From an uncultured Bacilli bacterium (lineage in GTDB: Bacteria > Bacillota_I > Bacilli_A > RF39 > UBA660), in NCBI GenBank assembly GCA_947587115.1, contig CANPXY010000001.1, forward strand, positions 1 through 47,322: a DNA stretch of 47,322 bases, in the 5' to 3' direction. Numbering within the stretch: position 1 is the stretch's first letter; each line of letters starts with the position of its first letter. Both the position numbers and the translations under genes were made by a program. A model generated the notes under the pieces. That model did not search any database and had not been told where the DNA came from. It saw only the letters and a list, made by a program, of their open reading frames with translations. Shown here piece by piece: positions 46,773-47,322 of this stretch.

Positions 46773-47322
46773 TTATGAATACCAAACCTTGCTGATGTTG
46801 GCATTGTTGCTAAGTGGCTCTGGATTTGGTTTTTCTATGCGCATCGCAATCGGCACTTTGAAAGCACTTCCAAATGCAATACAGTTTCCTGGCTGTAATG
46901 TTTTGAGTTGTTCGACCACTTCACTTGAGATATTGGGTACCATATTGCGAATATATTCGAGATCTTTAGGATGCAGCGTTCGCAAGATGACAAAGTTCGA
47001 ACATTGTGAAATGGCTGTATCAGATAGTTCGGATGGTCGTTGGGTGATGAGCCCCAAAAGTACACCGTACTTTCTTCCCTCTTTGGTAATACGCTCAAAA
47101 ATATTGTAACCTAAGATTTCAACATCCAAATCCTTTTGAACATAGCGATGAGCCTCTTCAATAATAATATGATAAGGATTGCTTCCGCGATTCGGATTGG
47201 TGGCAGCCACATCGAAGATCATCTTAGATAGAATCTTCGTCAAAGTCTTCGCCATCCGATCATCGACATAGTTGATATTAAAATTGACGATCTGACATTT
47301 CTTATTGTCACTAGAAGACATG
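46773..47322 (-). CDS. HerA/FtsK-like (DUF87) AAA ATPase, C-terminal about 183 codons. The 5' part lies outside the window.
   Basis: HIIIEEAHRY (Walker B, DEAH-like), GVLLGLITQRPSEL, CSNFVILRT. The reading frame is open to the window edge. Confidence 0.7.
   Translation of the reverse strand, partial: MSSSDNKKCQIVNFNINYVDDRMAKTLTKILSKMIFDVAATNPNRGSNPYHIIIEEAHRYVQKDLDVEILGYNIFERITKEGRKYGVLLGLITQRPSELSDTAISQCSNFVILRTLHPKDLEYIRNMVPNISSEVVEQLKTLQPGNCIAFGSAFKVPIAMRIEKPNPEPLSNNANISKVWYS

Overview
The window looks like a chromosomal segment of a low-GC Firmicute. Gene order resembles the B. subtilis yqf and ylm regions, and sampled lines run about 37-42% GC. Nearly everything is transcribed on the minus strand. 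All calls come from reading the translations and the DNA by eye; no BLAST, HMM or Rfam search was run.

Housekeeping backbone:
- class B PBP, nfo, and uvsE-dnaG-sigA-trmK
- RNase J, RNase III, yidD, murE, arginase
- a T-box(Ile)-led operon: CaCA antiporter, type-2 ileS, a ThyX-like gene and a Tmk-like gene
- sepF-divIVA and lepB

Accessory material between these:
- two paralogous BspA-type LRR surface proteins
- two orphan type IV pilin-like genes and a Fic protein lacking the catalytic His
- an AT-rich islet (about 25-28% GC in sampled lines) carrying pnuC, a histidine phosphatase, a SpoT-type HD hydrolase, a C39-like peptidase and an isochorismatase-like stub
- a HipA-like kinase with an acidic repeat partner
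- a lone tRNA-Glu(CUC)
- three tandem collagen-like (BclA/C1q-type) genes next to a GT2-TPR glycosyltransferase
- a GH25 muramidase, an ABC-F ATPase and a 994-aa Ig-repeat surface protein
- a HerA-like ATPase cut by the window edge

Strongest leads:
1. Both LRR genes carry a G10/G11 homopolymer inside the spacer of a perfect TTGACA/TATAAT promoter. The spacer is 20 nt at both loci, which suggests a promoter-spacer phase-variation switch.
2. An Ile-specifier T-box sits upstream of a membrane antiporter rather than directly upstream of ileS.
3. The collagen-like trio shows CATAnnnTA (mother-cell sigma-like) boxes and a (GPTGAT)n array.
4. The AT-rich NAD/alarmone-themed islet.

I cannot demonstrate any complete, recognisable defence system from this sequence alone.
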